From an uncultured Candidatus Actinomarina sp. (lineage in GTDB: Bacteria > Actinomycetota > Acidimicrobiia > Actinomarinales > Actinomarinaceae), in contig CABXDL010000001.1 in NCBI GenBank assembly GCA_902510995.1, positions 49,457 to 113,456 of the forward strand: a stretch of 64,000 bases of DNA, written 5' to 3'. The notes beneath the pieces were generated by a model. That model was given only the letters and a program-made list of their open reading frames with translations, was not told the origin of the DNA and did no database searches. This document shows positions 7,778 to 17,070 of this stretch, piece after piece (position 1 is the stretch's first letter; the number at the start of each line of letters is the position of its first letter). The translations under genes and the position numbers were made by a program.

Positions 7778-9536
7778 AAGTTAACTCTATTGGGTCTTCT
7801 GGGTCAGTTAGCTCCCCACCTCTAGGAATTTGCTTAACAATTTTTCCACTAGTATCTCCAGTAACAGTAGCCACAAGTCCAGCTTGTTCTAATATTTCCA
7901 GTGCTTCTTCATAGCTTTTTCCTTCGACCTCAGGTACTTCTATCTTTATTCCCAGTGAGACTATTACTTCTATTATTTGATCAGGTGTTACAATTTCTCC
8001 AGCAGCAGGTAATGTATGTGAAACAAGACCCACTGAAACATCTTCTGAATATTCTTCAACAAACTCATATGCAAGACCGAGAGTTTCAAGTATCTGGATA
8101 GCATCTACAAGTGATTTTCTTGAGAGATCAACAATTTCAATTAAGCTAGGGCCTTTAGACACGACTAAGTCAACACTAGAACCTGGACTCATTTTTGTTC
8201 CGGCAACTGGGTTTTGAGAAAGAATGAATCCTCTCGGAGCAAGGTCATCATTTACTTCGAGTGTTTTGCCTAAAATAAAACCACTTTGCTCAATTATATA
8301 AATCCCCCTAGCAGTTTCAAGGTCAACTACATAAGGAATAGGAAAGGCTTCAGGCCCCACAGAAACAATAATTGTAACTAGTGTATCAGGACTTGTTATT
8401 GTATTTGCTATTGGTTGAGTTCTAACGACGGCACCTGGAGGAACATTTGGATGAGCAGAATTTTCTATGCCAACTTTAAATCCAAGAGCTTGTAGGTCAG
8501 ACAGGGCTTCTGCTTGATCACTTCCAGTAAGGTCTGGTATTTCAATCAAAGTAGGAGCTCCGCCATCCACAGGAAGGCCATCAAATATTTTAGATAAAGT
8601 CCAGAAAGTTCCTAGAACTAAACCAATTGAAATAACTAAAGCAGGAAGAGTAAATTTATATTTAATAGTTGGGTTTGTAAGATCAACAAGACTTTCTTGT
8701 GTTTGAACCACTTCCAACTGGTTTCGTTGCTGAAGAAGAACAGCTCTCAAATCTTCAGCACTTTTAAACCTATCTTTTGGGGTTTTGTGGAGCAACTTCA
8801 ATATTGCATTTTCAATTCCTTTGGGTAAGTCTTTTCTATATTTAGATGGCTTATCTGGTTTTTCAGTAAGATGTTTTGTTGCTGTAGCAATTGGAGATTC
8901 AGCCTCAAAAGGGGGGTTTCCGGTAAGAAGTTCATATAGAACAGTTCCTAATGAATAAAGGTCTGAACCAACAGACACAGCTTTACCCTGGGCTTGTTCA
9001 GGAGATATATAGCTTGCTGTTCCTAATATTGAACCAGTTTTAGTAATATCACTTTCGTCATCCTGTATAGAAACTATCCCAAAATCCGTTACTTTTACTT
9101 TTCCTCCAGGAGTAATCATTATATTGCCAGGTTTTATATCTCTATGGACAAGGCCCTGAGTGTGTGCTGCTTGTAAACCATTAGCAACTTGAGCTCCTAT
9201 AAAAAGAACATCACTTAAACTTATGGTTTTTTTATTTGAAATAATTGAGGTTAATGTATTTCCTTCAATATACTCCATAACAAAATAAGGTTCTTCTTCT
9301 ATCCCCCAGTCAAAAATTTGCACAATATTTGGATGATTTAAGTTAGCTGCAGTTTGAGCTTCTCTTTTAAATCTTTCAACAAATGTCGTTTGCTCTACAT
9401 AATTTGGCTTCAGTGTTTTTATCGCAACCATTCTTTCCAGTTGCATATCTTTTGCTTTATAAACAAAAGCCATACCACCTTCTCCAAGTAGCTCAATAAC
9501 TTTATATCTTTCTTTGATTATTTGACCAATTTTCAT
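7767..9536 (-). CDS. pknB: PASTA-domain Ser/Thr protein kinase
   Basis: GEGGMA, HRDIKPGN, DFG, SPEQ, a TM helix and four PASTA-like repeats. Confidence 0.93.
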   Translation of the reverse strand: MKIGQIIKERYKVIELLGEGGMAFVYKAKDMQLERMVAIKTLKPNYVEQTTFVERFKREAQTAANLNHPNIVQIFDWGIEEEPYFVMEYIEGNTLTSIISNKKTISLSDVLFIGAQVANGLQAAHTQGLVHRDIKPGNIMITPGGKVKVTDFGIVSIQDDESDITKTGSILGTASYISPEQAQGKAVSVGSDLYSLGTVLYELLTGNPPFEAESPIATATKHLTEKPDKPSKYRKDLPKGIENAILKLLHKTPKDRFKSAEDLRAVLLQQRNQLEVVQTQESLVDLTNPTIKYKFTLPALVISIGLVLGTFWTLSKIFDGLPVDGGAPTLIEIPDLTGSDQAEALSDLQALGFKVGIENSAHPNVPPGAVVRTQPIANTITSPDTLVTIIVSVGPEAFPIPYVVDLETARGIYIIEQSGFILGKTLEVNDDLAPRGFILSQNPVAGTKMSPGSSVDLVVSKGPSLIEIVDLSRKSLVDAIQILETLGLAYEFVEEYSEDVSVGLVSHTLPAAGEIVTPDQIIEVIVSLGIKIEVPEVEGKSYEEALEILEQAGLVATVTGDTSGKIVKQIPRGGELTDPEDPIELTFED

Positions 9537-10192
9537 TTTGACACCATGTTTATAACAATTGCTGATACATTATCTTTTGGTTTTTGTAACAAAGCCTCTC
9601 CAACTAGAGTATCTGCACCTACACCTTCTTGTAACTTTTTCTTTAAATATTCTTCTCCAAACTCATTGTAAAGACCATCTGTGCAAAGAAAAACAACATC
9701 ACCCTCACTTAATTGAAAATCTACTTTTTGAATATCTAATTTATCTTTAGTTCCAAGAGCTTGTTCTAGAACATTTTGATAGCCAGGGACATTTTGGTCT
9801 TCTGTAAGTTTTACCATAATTCTATTTGAAAGAACATAGCACCTACTATCTCCAACATGCCCTACTTGCATCAAGCCGTTAGCATCAATAATTAGAGCTG
9901 TCATTGTAGTCCCCATACCATTAGAATTTGAGTTATCTTTTTGATATTTAGCAATTTCATTGTTGGCATTATTAATTATTTTAAAAACATCATTTTCTTC
10001 TGTATCCATTGAATCTGTAGCAATTTTACTTGCAACCTCTCCTTTTACGTGACCACCTAATCCATCACATATTGCAGCCTTAAATGGCAAATCTTTTCTT
10101 CCAGATTTTTGAGGAAAGATAGAATCTTCATTTCTTTCTCTATTAGGACCACACTCACTCCTAACAGACCATATAATCTTTAAATTATTCAT
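9533..10192 (-). CDS. PP2C-family Ser/Thr phosphatase, soluble
   Basis: RNED, CDGLGGH, MGTT, HVGDSR, CTDGL, DN motifs. Confidence 0.9.
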   Translation of the reverse strand: MNNLKIIWSVRSECGPNRERNEDSIFPQKSGRKDLPFKAAICDGLGGHVKGEVASKIATDSMDTEENDVFKIINNANNEIAKYQKDNSNSNGMGTTMTALIIDANGLMQVGHVGDSRCYVLSNRIMVKLTEDQNVPGYQNVLEQALGTKDKLDIQKVDFQLSEGDVVFLCTDGLYNEFGEEYLKKKLQEGVGADTLVGEALLQKPKDNVSAIVINMVSK

Positions 10193-10273
10193 TCATTAGT
10201 AATCTTAGTTGTGAAATACATTTGTTTTCTTAGACTATATAAAGTAGAAAAAAATAGAAAATAGTATTAAATT

Positions 10274-11263
10274 ATGAAAAATTTTAATAAATTCTTTAGA
10301 AGGATTACCACGGTTATCCTAAGTGCCTTATTAGGTATTTATGGTATTCAGTTTTATGAAAATTACACTTATTCTTCAAACTTAAATTCTTTTCTCGAAG
10401 ATGCTGCAGTCGTTTCGAACCTTCATAAGCAAGCTTCACAAAACTTTTCTTCAATATTAGATTTCGATGAAATCAATAGAGAGGAATTTGAAAGTACATT
10501 AAATCAAGTTGTCAATAATGCGCAAGAGGCTTACAACCTAGTATCTAATTTGGAAACTTCATTCTCAAGTAAAGAGAGAGACTTATTAGAAATATCAGTT
10601 ACTTCATGGTTAAAAGGTTTGGAAACATTTCAAGTTTCTATGGTTACATTAATTGACAGTAAATACTCGCAAGAGATCGATGAGTCTATAGCAGAGAGCA
10701 TTGTAGATCTTGCTATAGGAGATAAAGCATATAAAGATTTTATTATTCTTATTTCTGAAAAAAGCCAAGAAGACAATATTTTCTTACCAGAATTTTATCC
10801 TATTGAATATACAGAGCTAGAGTCAGGTGCGTATAAGTTTGCTGAGATAATAGTAGAGCGAGCTAGACAAAGCTCAACAGGGTTATTTTTGAGAAAAGAT
10901 CTTGCTATAACAGGAGTGGATTTTCTTCCAAGTCCAATAACTTTAACTGAGGATGATCACAATGTTTTACTTAATGAGCCTACAACCATCCAAGTTGTTA
11001 TTGCAAATGAGGGAAATGTGGAGGAATTTGAGATTGTTATATTAATTTTAGTTTCTGATGAATATGGAGAGTCAATCTATGAGAAAAGAGCTAAAATTAA
11101 CTCAATTAAACCATTAGAAAGCAGAAGTTACTTTACGGACCCAATAGATATTGAACCCGGTGTTTTACACGAATGGTTTATTAAAATTGAAGAGATAGAA
11201 AATGAAGAAGAACTTGATGATAATTTATTCACAGTTACTGGTTTTATTCCGCCAGAGGGTTAG
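10274..11263 (+). CDS. Hypothetical acidic membrane-anchored protein with C-terminal Ig/CARDB-like domain
   Basis: N-terminal TM helix; V.I.NEG...EEELDDN pattern. Confidence 0.6.
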   Translation: MKNFNKFFRRITTVILSALLGIYGIQFYENYTYSSNLNSFLEDAAVVSNLHKQASQNFSSILDFDEINREEFESTLNQVVNNAQEAYNLVSNLETSFSSKERDLLEISVTSWLKGLETFQVSMVTLIDSKYSQEIDESIAESIVDLAIGDKAYKDFIILISEKSQEDNIFLPEFYPIEYTELESGAYKFAEIIVERARQSSTGLFLRKDLAITGVDFLPSPITLTEDDHNVLLNEPTTIQVVIANEGNVEEFEIVILILVSDEYGESIYEKRAKINSIKPLESRSYFTDPIDIEPGVLHEWFIKIEEIENEEELDDNLFTVTGFIPPEG

Positions 11264-11267
11264 TTAA

Positions 11268-12518
11268 ATGTTAGATTCACAAATATTAAAGAATAATCTT
11301 GAGGAATTTAATGAAAATTTGAAGAAGAGAGATATCTCTATTGATGTGAGTCTCTTAATAGATCTTGATGAAAATAGGAGAAAGGCGAAATTTGAAGCTG
11401 AGCAGATAAGAGCTGAGCAAAATAAATTAGGCAAAGAGATTGCAAAAGCTGACAAAAATGAAAAACAGGAACTTTTAAAAAAAGCATCAGAGTTAAGTAA
11501 TAATTTCAAGAGTTTATCGGAAAAAGCAGAAGAAGAAGAAGAAAAGTTTTTAGACCTATGGATAAAAATACCAAATATTATTGATGCTTCTTCTCCTGTT
11601 GGTTCCACAGATGAAGACAATAAAGAAATTAAAAAAATTGGAGAGGTTAAAGAATTTAAGAATCTAAGGGATCATTTAGAGATCGGAGAGACATTAGGTC
11701 TAATTAACGTTGAAAAAGCTGCAGAAGTTTCTGGTTCACGCTTTTCATACATTTTTGGTGACTTAGTAAAGATTGAATTCAACTTAGTTTCTTATGTTAT
11801 GAATAAGCTTTCTGATAACGGCTTCCTTCCAACAGTTCCCCCAGTTTTAGTTAGAGAAAATGCACTATATGGTACAGGATTTTTTCCTGATGATGCAGAG
11901 CAGGTATATAAAATACAAAATGACGAACTATACCTTGTCGGTACATCAGAGGTATCTTTAGCTGCCTTACACGGTGATGAAATACTAGAATTTGATTCAT
12001 TACCATTAAGGTATGCTGGTTTTTCAACATGTTTTAGAAGAGAAGCAGGAACTTATGGTAAAGACACAACAGGAATATTTCGAGTTCATCAGTTTGATAA
12101 AGTGGAAATGTTTTCTTTTTGTGATCCAGAGAAATCAAAAGAAGAGCACGAATATCTTCTAACTGTTGAAGAAGAGATATTAAACGATTTAGAAATACCA
12201 TACAGGGTTGTAGATGTCTGTTCAGGCGATTTAGGAGCTTCTGCGGCAAAAAAATATGATATAGAAGCTTGGATGCCTAGCCAAAACAACTATAGGGAAG
12301 TAACCTCTTGTTCTAACACAACAGACTATCAAGCTAGAAGGCTAAATATTAGGACAAAAAAAGACAAGGATACATCACTAATTCACACCTTGAATGGAAC
12401 AGCATTGGCAGTTGGAAGAATCTTGATAGCGTTAATTGAAAATAATCAACAAGAAGATGGTTCTGTAGAGTTCTCAGACGAACTTTCTAAGTTAACAGGT
12501 GTAAAAAAACTAAGCTAA
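11268..12518 (+). CDS. serS: Serine--tRNA ligase
   Basis: GTSEV, FRREAG, FRVHQFDKVE, EVTSCSN, HTLNGT. Confidence 0.97.
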   Translation: MLDSQILKNNLEEFNENLKKRDISIDVSLLIDLDENRRKAKFEAEQIRAEQNKLGKEIAKADKNEKQELLKKASELSNNFKSLSEKAEEEEEKFLDLWIKIPNIIDASSPVGSTDEDNKEIKKIGEVKEFKNLRDHLEIGETLGLINVEKAAEVSGSRFSYIFGDLVKIEFNLVSYVMNKLSDNGFLPTVPPVLVRENALYGTGFFPDDAEQVYKIQNDELYLVGTSEVSLAALHGDEILEFDSLPLRYAGFSTCFRREAGTYGKDTTGIFRVHQFDKVEMFSFCDPEKSKEEHEYLLTVEEEILNDLEIPYRVVDVCSGDLGASAAKKYDIEAWMPSQNNYREVTSCSNTTDYQARRLNIRTKKDKDTSLIHTLNGTALAVGRILIALIENNQQEDGSVEFSDELSKLTGVKKLS

Positions 12519-13061
12519 CAATAAGCTTGCAATCATACTCATCCCAAGAATGATATAAACGACTCTTTCAATTTTCTTATTTTGCATTAAGAATTTTTGT
12601 AAATTCTCTCCAAGAAATAGCCAAGTGATAACACAAGGCCCCCCAACAATTAAATAAATTAGATTTGCTTGAAGGTGGGATATATCAAAAGCAGTTAGTC
12701 CAGAAACCGCCATAACAACACCCTTTGGATTAACCCATTGAAATAAAGCAGCTTGAAAAAAAGTAAAAGGCTTCTCGTTTTCAGATATCTCTTTATCAGA
12801 TGTTTTTGTTGTTGCTACTTTATAGGCTATAAAAGTTATAACTGCATATCCAATATATTTGAAATTATCAAGTACAACATCTGGAACAAATGTTAATAAA
12901 TTACCACCAAGAAAAAATAAAAAGTTAAACCCAAGCCAAATTCCAAAAAAATGAGGAAGAGATGCTTTTCTTCCAAATCTTATACCAGATGCCATAAGCA
13001 TAGAGTTATTCGGTCCAGGAGTTATAGAAGTAACAAATGCAAAAATACCAAATTCGAGCAT
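12510..13061 (-). CDS. LysE-family translocator
   Basis: ITPGPNN, FQWVNPK. Confidence 0.88.
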   Translation of the reverse strand: MLEFGIFAFVTSITPGPNNSMLMASGIRFGRKASLPHFFGIWLGFNFLFFLGGNLLTFVPDVVLDNFKYIGYAVITFIAYKVATTKTSDKEISENEKPFTFFQAALFQWVNPKGVVMAVSGLTAFDISHLQANLIYLIVGGPCVITWLFLGENLQKFLMQNKKIERVVYIILGMSMIASLLLA

Positions 13062-13098
13062 TTGGTTATATTAACATCAACATAGGAAAAGTTAAAAA

Positions 13099-13557
13099 AT
13101 GAAATATATATCAGATGAAGACAAGATGAAAGTAGCTCTTGATGAAGCAAGAAAAGCTCTTGATATTGATGAAGTTCCAGTAGGTGCAGCAATATTTGAT
13201 AAAAACGATAATTTAATTTGTGCAAATCACAATAGAAGAGAATTAGACCAAAACCCAATTTCTCATGCGGAGATACTAGTTTTAGAAGAAGCTTCACAAA
13301 TCTTAGGCACTTGGAGACTTGAAGAGACAACAATAGCAGTAACTTTAGAACCAGATGCTATGTGTGCTGGTGCTATTTCCTTATCGAGAGTTAAAAAATT
13401 AATATATGGAGCTCAAAACGAAAAGGCCGGTGCAGCTTTTTCATTATATAACATACCTCAAGACCCAAGATTAAATCATTTTGTTGAGATAAAAGATAAT
13501 ATTCTTACGCATGAATCTGAAGATATATTATCCTCTTTCTTTGACAGTAAGAGATAA
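13099..13557 (+). CDS. tadA: tRNA adenosine(34) deaminase with atypical PDxxC motif
   Basis: EVPVGA, HAE, WRL, TLEPDAMCAGA, RLNH; adjacent to a tRNA cluster that includes tRNA-Arg(ACG). Confidence 0.88.
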   Translation: MKYISDEDKMKVALDEARKALDIDEVPVGAAIFDKNDNLICANHNRRELDQNPISHAEILVLEEASQILGTWRLEETTIAVTLEPDAMCAGAISLSRVKKLIYGAQNEKAGAAFSLYNIPQDPRLNHFVEIKDNILTHESEDILSSFFDSKR

Positions 13558-13584
13558 CTAAAATAGAGTCTAAGATTTTTTTTC

Positions 13585-13673
13585 GGAGGGATCGCATAGT
13601 CTGGCCTAGTGCGCACGCTTGGAAAGCGTGTAAGGGTTTATCCCCTTCGAGGGTTCGAATCCCTCTCCCTCCG
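13585..13673 (+). tRNA. tRNA-Ser(GGA)
   Basis: Cloverleaf with long variable arm; CACGC-TT-GGA-AA-GCGTG. Confidence 0.95.
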
Positions 13674-13692
13674 CAAAAAATAATACCTTTTA

Positions 13693-13778
13693 GGAGGGAT
13701 GGCCGAGCGGACGAAGGCGATAGTCTTGAAAACTATTGTATGTATTCCATACCGTGGGTTCGAATCCCACTCCCTCCG
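13693..13778 (+). tRNA. tRNA-Ser(TGA)
   Basis: ATAGT-CT-TGA-AA-ACTAT, long variable arm. Confidence 0.95.
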
Positions 13779-13785
13779 CAAACTT

Positions 13786-13877
<92 letters not shown>

Positions 13878-13878
13878 A

Positions 13879-13952
13879 GCGCCTGTAGCTTAACTGGATA
13901 GAGCATCTGATTACGGATCAGAAGGTTGGGGGTTCGACTCCCTCCGGGCGCG
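13879..13952 (+). tRNA. tRNA-Arg(ACG)
   Basis: TCTGA-TT-ACG-GA-TCAGA, cloverleaf. Confidence 0.95.
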
Positions 13953-13961
13953 CTTTTATTA

Positions 13962-14621
13962 CTAGTAGCTCCAAAGAGGTTCTTCAAGATTCCAGTCTGG
14001 TGAATTTCCCCATTTATTCAAATATGTAACTTCATCAACAGGATTTCTTTCAGCTACTCCCCATTTACCTAATGGATATCCTGCAGTTATAACGGCATTA
14101 AGAGTCCAGCCTTTATCTTCTGGAACTTCAAGTATTTCAAAAGCTTCTTTTTGTTTAAAAGACATGACGGTTGTTAAACAAGTACCTATACCATGTGCTC
14201 TCCCAGCTAACATTAAATTCCATATAGCTGGAAATATTGATGAACCAGTTGGATCATTTCTGGAAAAAACAAGAAAATGTGCAGGAACTTTATGAAAATT
14301 TTCTGCTAACCATCCTGCAGACTTACTTATTCGTATAACCTGATTAGCTTTTTTATCATCTCCAACCTCTGAGGCACCAAGATCGGGTTTTCCTCCATAG
14401 AATTCTTTCATATAATATTCCCAGGTTTCCCTATATATATCGCCTAATTGTTTTCTTGTCTCTTGATCAGTGACAACAAGGAATTTCCAACCTTGTCTAT
14501 TAGATCCGCTAGGTGCTCTTATTGCAGCATCGACCATAGTTTTAATTATTTCATCAGGTATAGGGTCTTCTTTAACCCTTCGCATTGCTCTCGTTGTATA
14601 AAGAGCTTCAAAAACATCCAT
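13962..14621 (-). CDS. Nitroreductase-family protein
   Basis: TTRAMRR, APSGSNRQ.W.F.VV, SIFPA..NL.LA.RA.G.G. Confidence 0.9.
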   Translation of the reverse strand: MDVFEALYTTRAMRRVKEDPIPDEIIKTMVDAAIRAPSGSNRQGWKFLVVTDQETRKQLGDIYRETWEYYMKEFYGGKPDLGASEVGDDKKANQVIRISKSAGWLAENFHKVPAHFLVFSRNDPTGSSIFPAIWNLMLAGRAHGIGTCLTTVMSFKQKEAFEILEVPEDKGWTLNAVITAGYPLGKWGVAERNPVDEVTYLNKWGNSPDWNLEEPLWSY

Positions 14622-14655
14622 TTTGTTATTTTAGTAAGATAGAATTTAGGTAATC

Positions 14656-15471
14656 ATGAATAAAAAAATATTTTCAGAAGTAAAAGACAATATAGGAATA
14701 ATTTGGCTAAATCGTCCAGAGAAAAAAAATGCTTTAAATGATGAATTATGGTTTGGTTTACCAAAGCTAGTTAAAGAATTAGATGACAACGAGGATGTGA
14801 GGGTAATTATTTTGGCAGCCAAAGGAGATACATTCTCTGCTGGTATAGATATAAATTTACTTGTAGAAGCCTTTGATTTAAATGAAGACTTAAGAACTAA
14901 CGCAGAAGAAAGATTAGAGATAATGGAAATAACAAAAAAATTCCAAGATGCGTTTACTACTGTTGCAAAAACGAAAAAGCCAACAATTGCTGCTATCCAA
15001 GGTTATAGCATTGGAGGTGCAACGAATTTAGTTGCATCGTGTGATATTAGACTTTCAGCAAAAGATGCTGAATTTTCAATTGGTGAATCGAAACTAGGCT
15101 TAGTCGCAGACGTAGGAGCCTTACAGAGGATGCCAAAAATTATATCTAAAGGTTTGCTGAGGGAGCTTGCTTATACTGGAAGAACTTTTGATGCAGAATA
15201 TGCAAAGGAAATTGGATTTGTAAATCATATTTATGACACACATGAAGAGTTAATAAAAGGAGCAATGGACCTTGCTAAAGAGATAGCTTCGAATTCGCCA
15301 TTAGTTGTTAATGGAGTAAAAATGATTCTTGATAAAGGAGAAGAACTAACTGCAGATCAATCTTTAGACTTAGTAAGAATGTGGAGCACTTCTTTCCTAG
15401 TTTCTGAAGACTTAAAAGAGGGTATTTTTGCCTTGATGGAAAAGAGAGAACCTAAGTTTAAGGGTAAGTAA
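14656..15471 (+). CDS. Enoyl-CoA hydratase/isomerase family protein
   Basis: LNRPEKKNAL, FSAGID, GG...CDIR, GLVADVG, EKREP.FKG. Confidence 0.92.
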   Translation: MNKKIFSEVKDNIGIIWLNRPEKKNALNDELWFGLPKLVKELDDNEDVRVIILAAKGDTFSAGIDINLLVEAFDLNEDLRTNAEERLEIMEITKKFQDAFTTVAKTKKPTIAAIQGYSIGGATNLVASCDIRLSAKDAEFSIGESKLGLVADVGALQRMPKIISKGLLRELAYTGRTFDAEYAKEIGFVNHIYDTHEELIKGAMDLAKEIASNSPLVVNGVKMILDKGEELTADQSLDLVRMWSTSFLVSEDLKEGIFALMEKREPKFKGK

Positions 15472-16449
15472 TTATAATTTGCTAAACTCTTTTAAAGCAA
15501 ACCTGTCGGTCATACCTGCTACATAGTCAACGGCATTTTGCAAGTCTGTTTGGTCAGTTCTGTATTGTTCAGGTAGTAAATCTGGATTTTTCTCAAAACT
15601 TGAAACAAGTTTCTCAACGACTTCTTTAGCTTCACCCCTTTCTTTAATTGTTTCTTCTCTCAAATAAACTTTTTCAAACATGAAATCTCTTAATTCATTC
15701 ATGCATTCTAAAATTTCACTATCCATATCTATTCCTGTATTAGTAGAAGCTTTAAAAACTCCCGAAATTAAATTATTTATCCACTGTTTTCCTGGAGAAC
15801 CCAATATCTTAGTTATTTTTTTAGGTATATCATTTTTATTTAAAATACCTGCTCTAATTGCATCCTCTACATCATGTGTTAAATAGGCAATCCTGTCAGA
15901 GAACCTGCAGACCATACCCTCAGGTGTTTCCGGCGATTCTTCATATTTCCAAGGGTGGAATTTTATTCCATTTAAAGTTTCATAAGAAAGATTTAAAGGC
16001 TCTATTTGTTTAAATATTTTTACAGAGTTTTCAGAGTGACTCCATCCATCTTCGAGTATCTCCGCTAGTGCATCTTCTCCTGTATGACCAAAAGGAGAGT
16101 GTCCTACGTCATGACCTAAACATATTGCTTCCGTAAGGTCAGGATTAAGTCCAAGAGTTCTTGCTATAGATCTTCCAATTTGAGTTACCTGTAGTGTGTG
16201 TGACATTCTTGTAATAAAATGATCACCATCAGGATTGATAAAAACTTGAGTTTTGTGTTTTAATCTACGAAATGCTTTTGAATGAATAATTCTATCCCTA
16301 TCTCTTTCGAAGACAGTTCTAAATAAATCAGGTTCTTCATTTATTTCTCTTCCTTTCGAGTTATTAGCAAAAGTTGCATTAGAAGATAAAGTAACTCTTT
16401 CATTAGCTTCTCTCCAGTTACGGTCTCTTAATATAAATGAATCATTCAC
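15472..16449 (-). CDS. dgt: dGTP triphosphohydrolase-like HD protein
   Basis: RDRDRIIHSKAFRRLKHKTQVF, HDVGH.PFGH.GE, DYVAGMTD. Confidence 0.92.
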   Translation of the reverse strand: MNDSFILRDRNWREANERVTLSSNATFANNSKGREINEEPDLFRTVFERDRDRIIHSKAFRRLKHKTQVFINPDGDHFITRMSHTLQVTQIGRSIARTLGLNPDLTEAICLGHDVGHSPFGHTGEDALAEILEDGWSHSENSVKIFKQIEPLNLSYETLNGIKFHPWKYEESPETPEGMVCRFSDRIAYLTHDVEDAIRAGILNKNDIPKKITKILGSPGKQWINNLISGVFKASTNTGIDMDSEILECMNELRDFMFEKVYLREETIKERGEAKEVVEKLVSSFEKNPDLLPEQYRTDQTDLQNAVDYVAGMTDRFALKEFSKL

Positions 16450-16465
16450 ATTTTTACCTTAAACA

Positions 16466-17011
16466 CTAAAAGCTATTTAATAAAGGGATTAATTCACTCC
16501 AATGATGGATATCAAAAACACCATCAAGTGGCTTATTGTAACTCCTAACGTATCTAATTATTTTTTTCTCAGGAGCTTTTTCTTTGAAATTTTCTAACTG
16601 ATAAGGCGCATCATCTATATATACTTCACAATCAACAGTCCACTTATCTTCAATAAAGTGTATTTCTTTAGTTGGAATTTTATTTTCTCCTAGCCAGATT
16701 AAAGTATCATGAATTGACCACCAGGGTTTAGAGGAAAGGATAACAATTTCGTGTCCGGATTTAGAAAGCTCATTTAATGTTTCAACAGAATCTTTATAAA
16801 CTTCTAAGTTTCTAAAGATGGATGAACCATTAATATCTTTTGCCCATTCCCAAAAATCTAAATCTTCCTTAAAGTGGGTTAAGGGTGTTGATAAACCCCA
16901 GCCTGTAATATCCTCTTCTAAGATTTTTTTGCCGAACTCTTCTTCGTAATATTTTGTCCAGCCTTTAGTGAAGTTTGCAACGACCCCATCTAAATCTACT
17001 CCTATTCTCAT
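16466..17011 (-). CDS. 5'(3')-deoxyribonucleotidase (HAD, NT5C-like)
   Basis: MRIGVDLDGV start at 17011; IDD motif. Confidence 0.8.
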   Translation of the reverse strand: MRIGVDLDGVVANFTKGWTKYYEEEFGKKILEEDITGWGLSTPLTHFKEDLDFWEWAKDINGSSIFRNLEVYKDSVETLNELSKSGHEIVILSSKPWWSIHDTLIWLGENKIPTKEIHFIEDKWTVDCEVYIDDAPYQLENFKEKAPEKKIIRYVRSYNKPLDGVFDIHHWSELIPLLNSF

Positions 17012-17070
17012 TTGACTAAGTTTAATTCTTAGGTGCACTATAGAGAAGGAACCTATTACCATTTAATAAT

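Noticed and set aside
13693..13778. tRNA with TGA in the anticodon loop as a possible tRNA-Sec
   Set aside because: Anticodon TGA reads UCA (Ser); tRNA-Sec needs anticodon TCA and a longer acceptor stem. No selC was seen in the window.
17012..17070. SRP RNA (ffs), often found next to dnaX
   Set aside because: The gap is 59 nt, AT-rich and lacks the SRP helix-8 motif.
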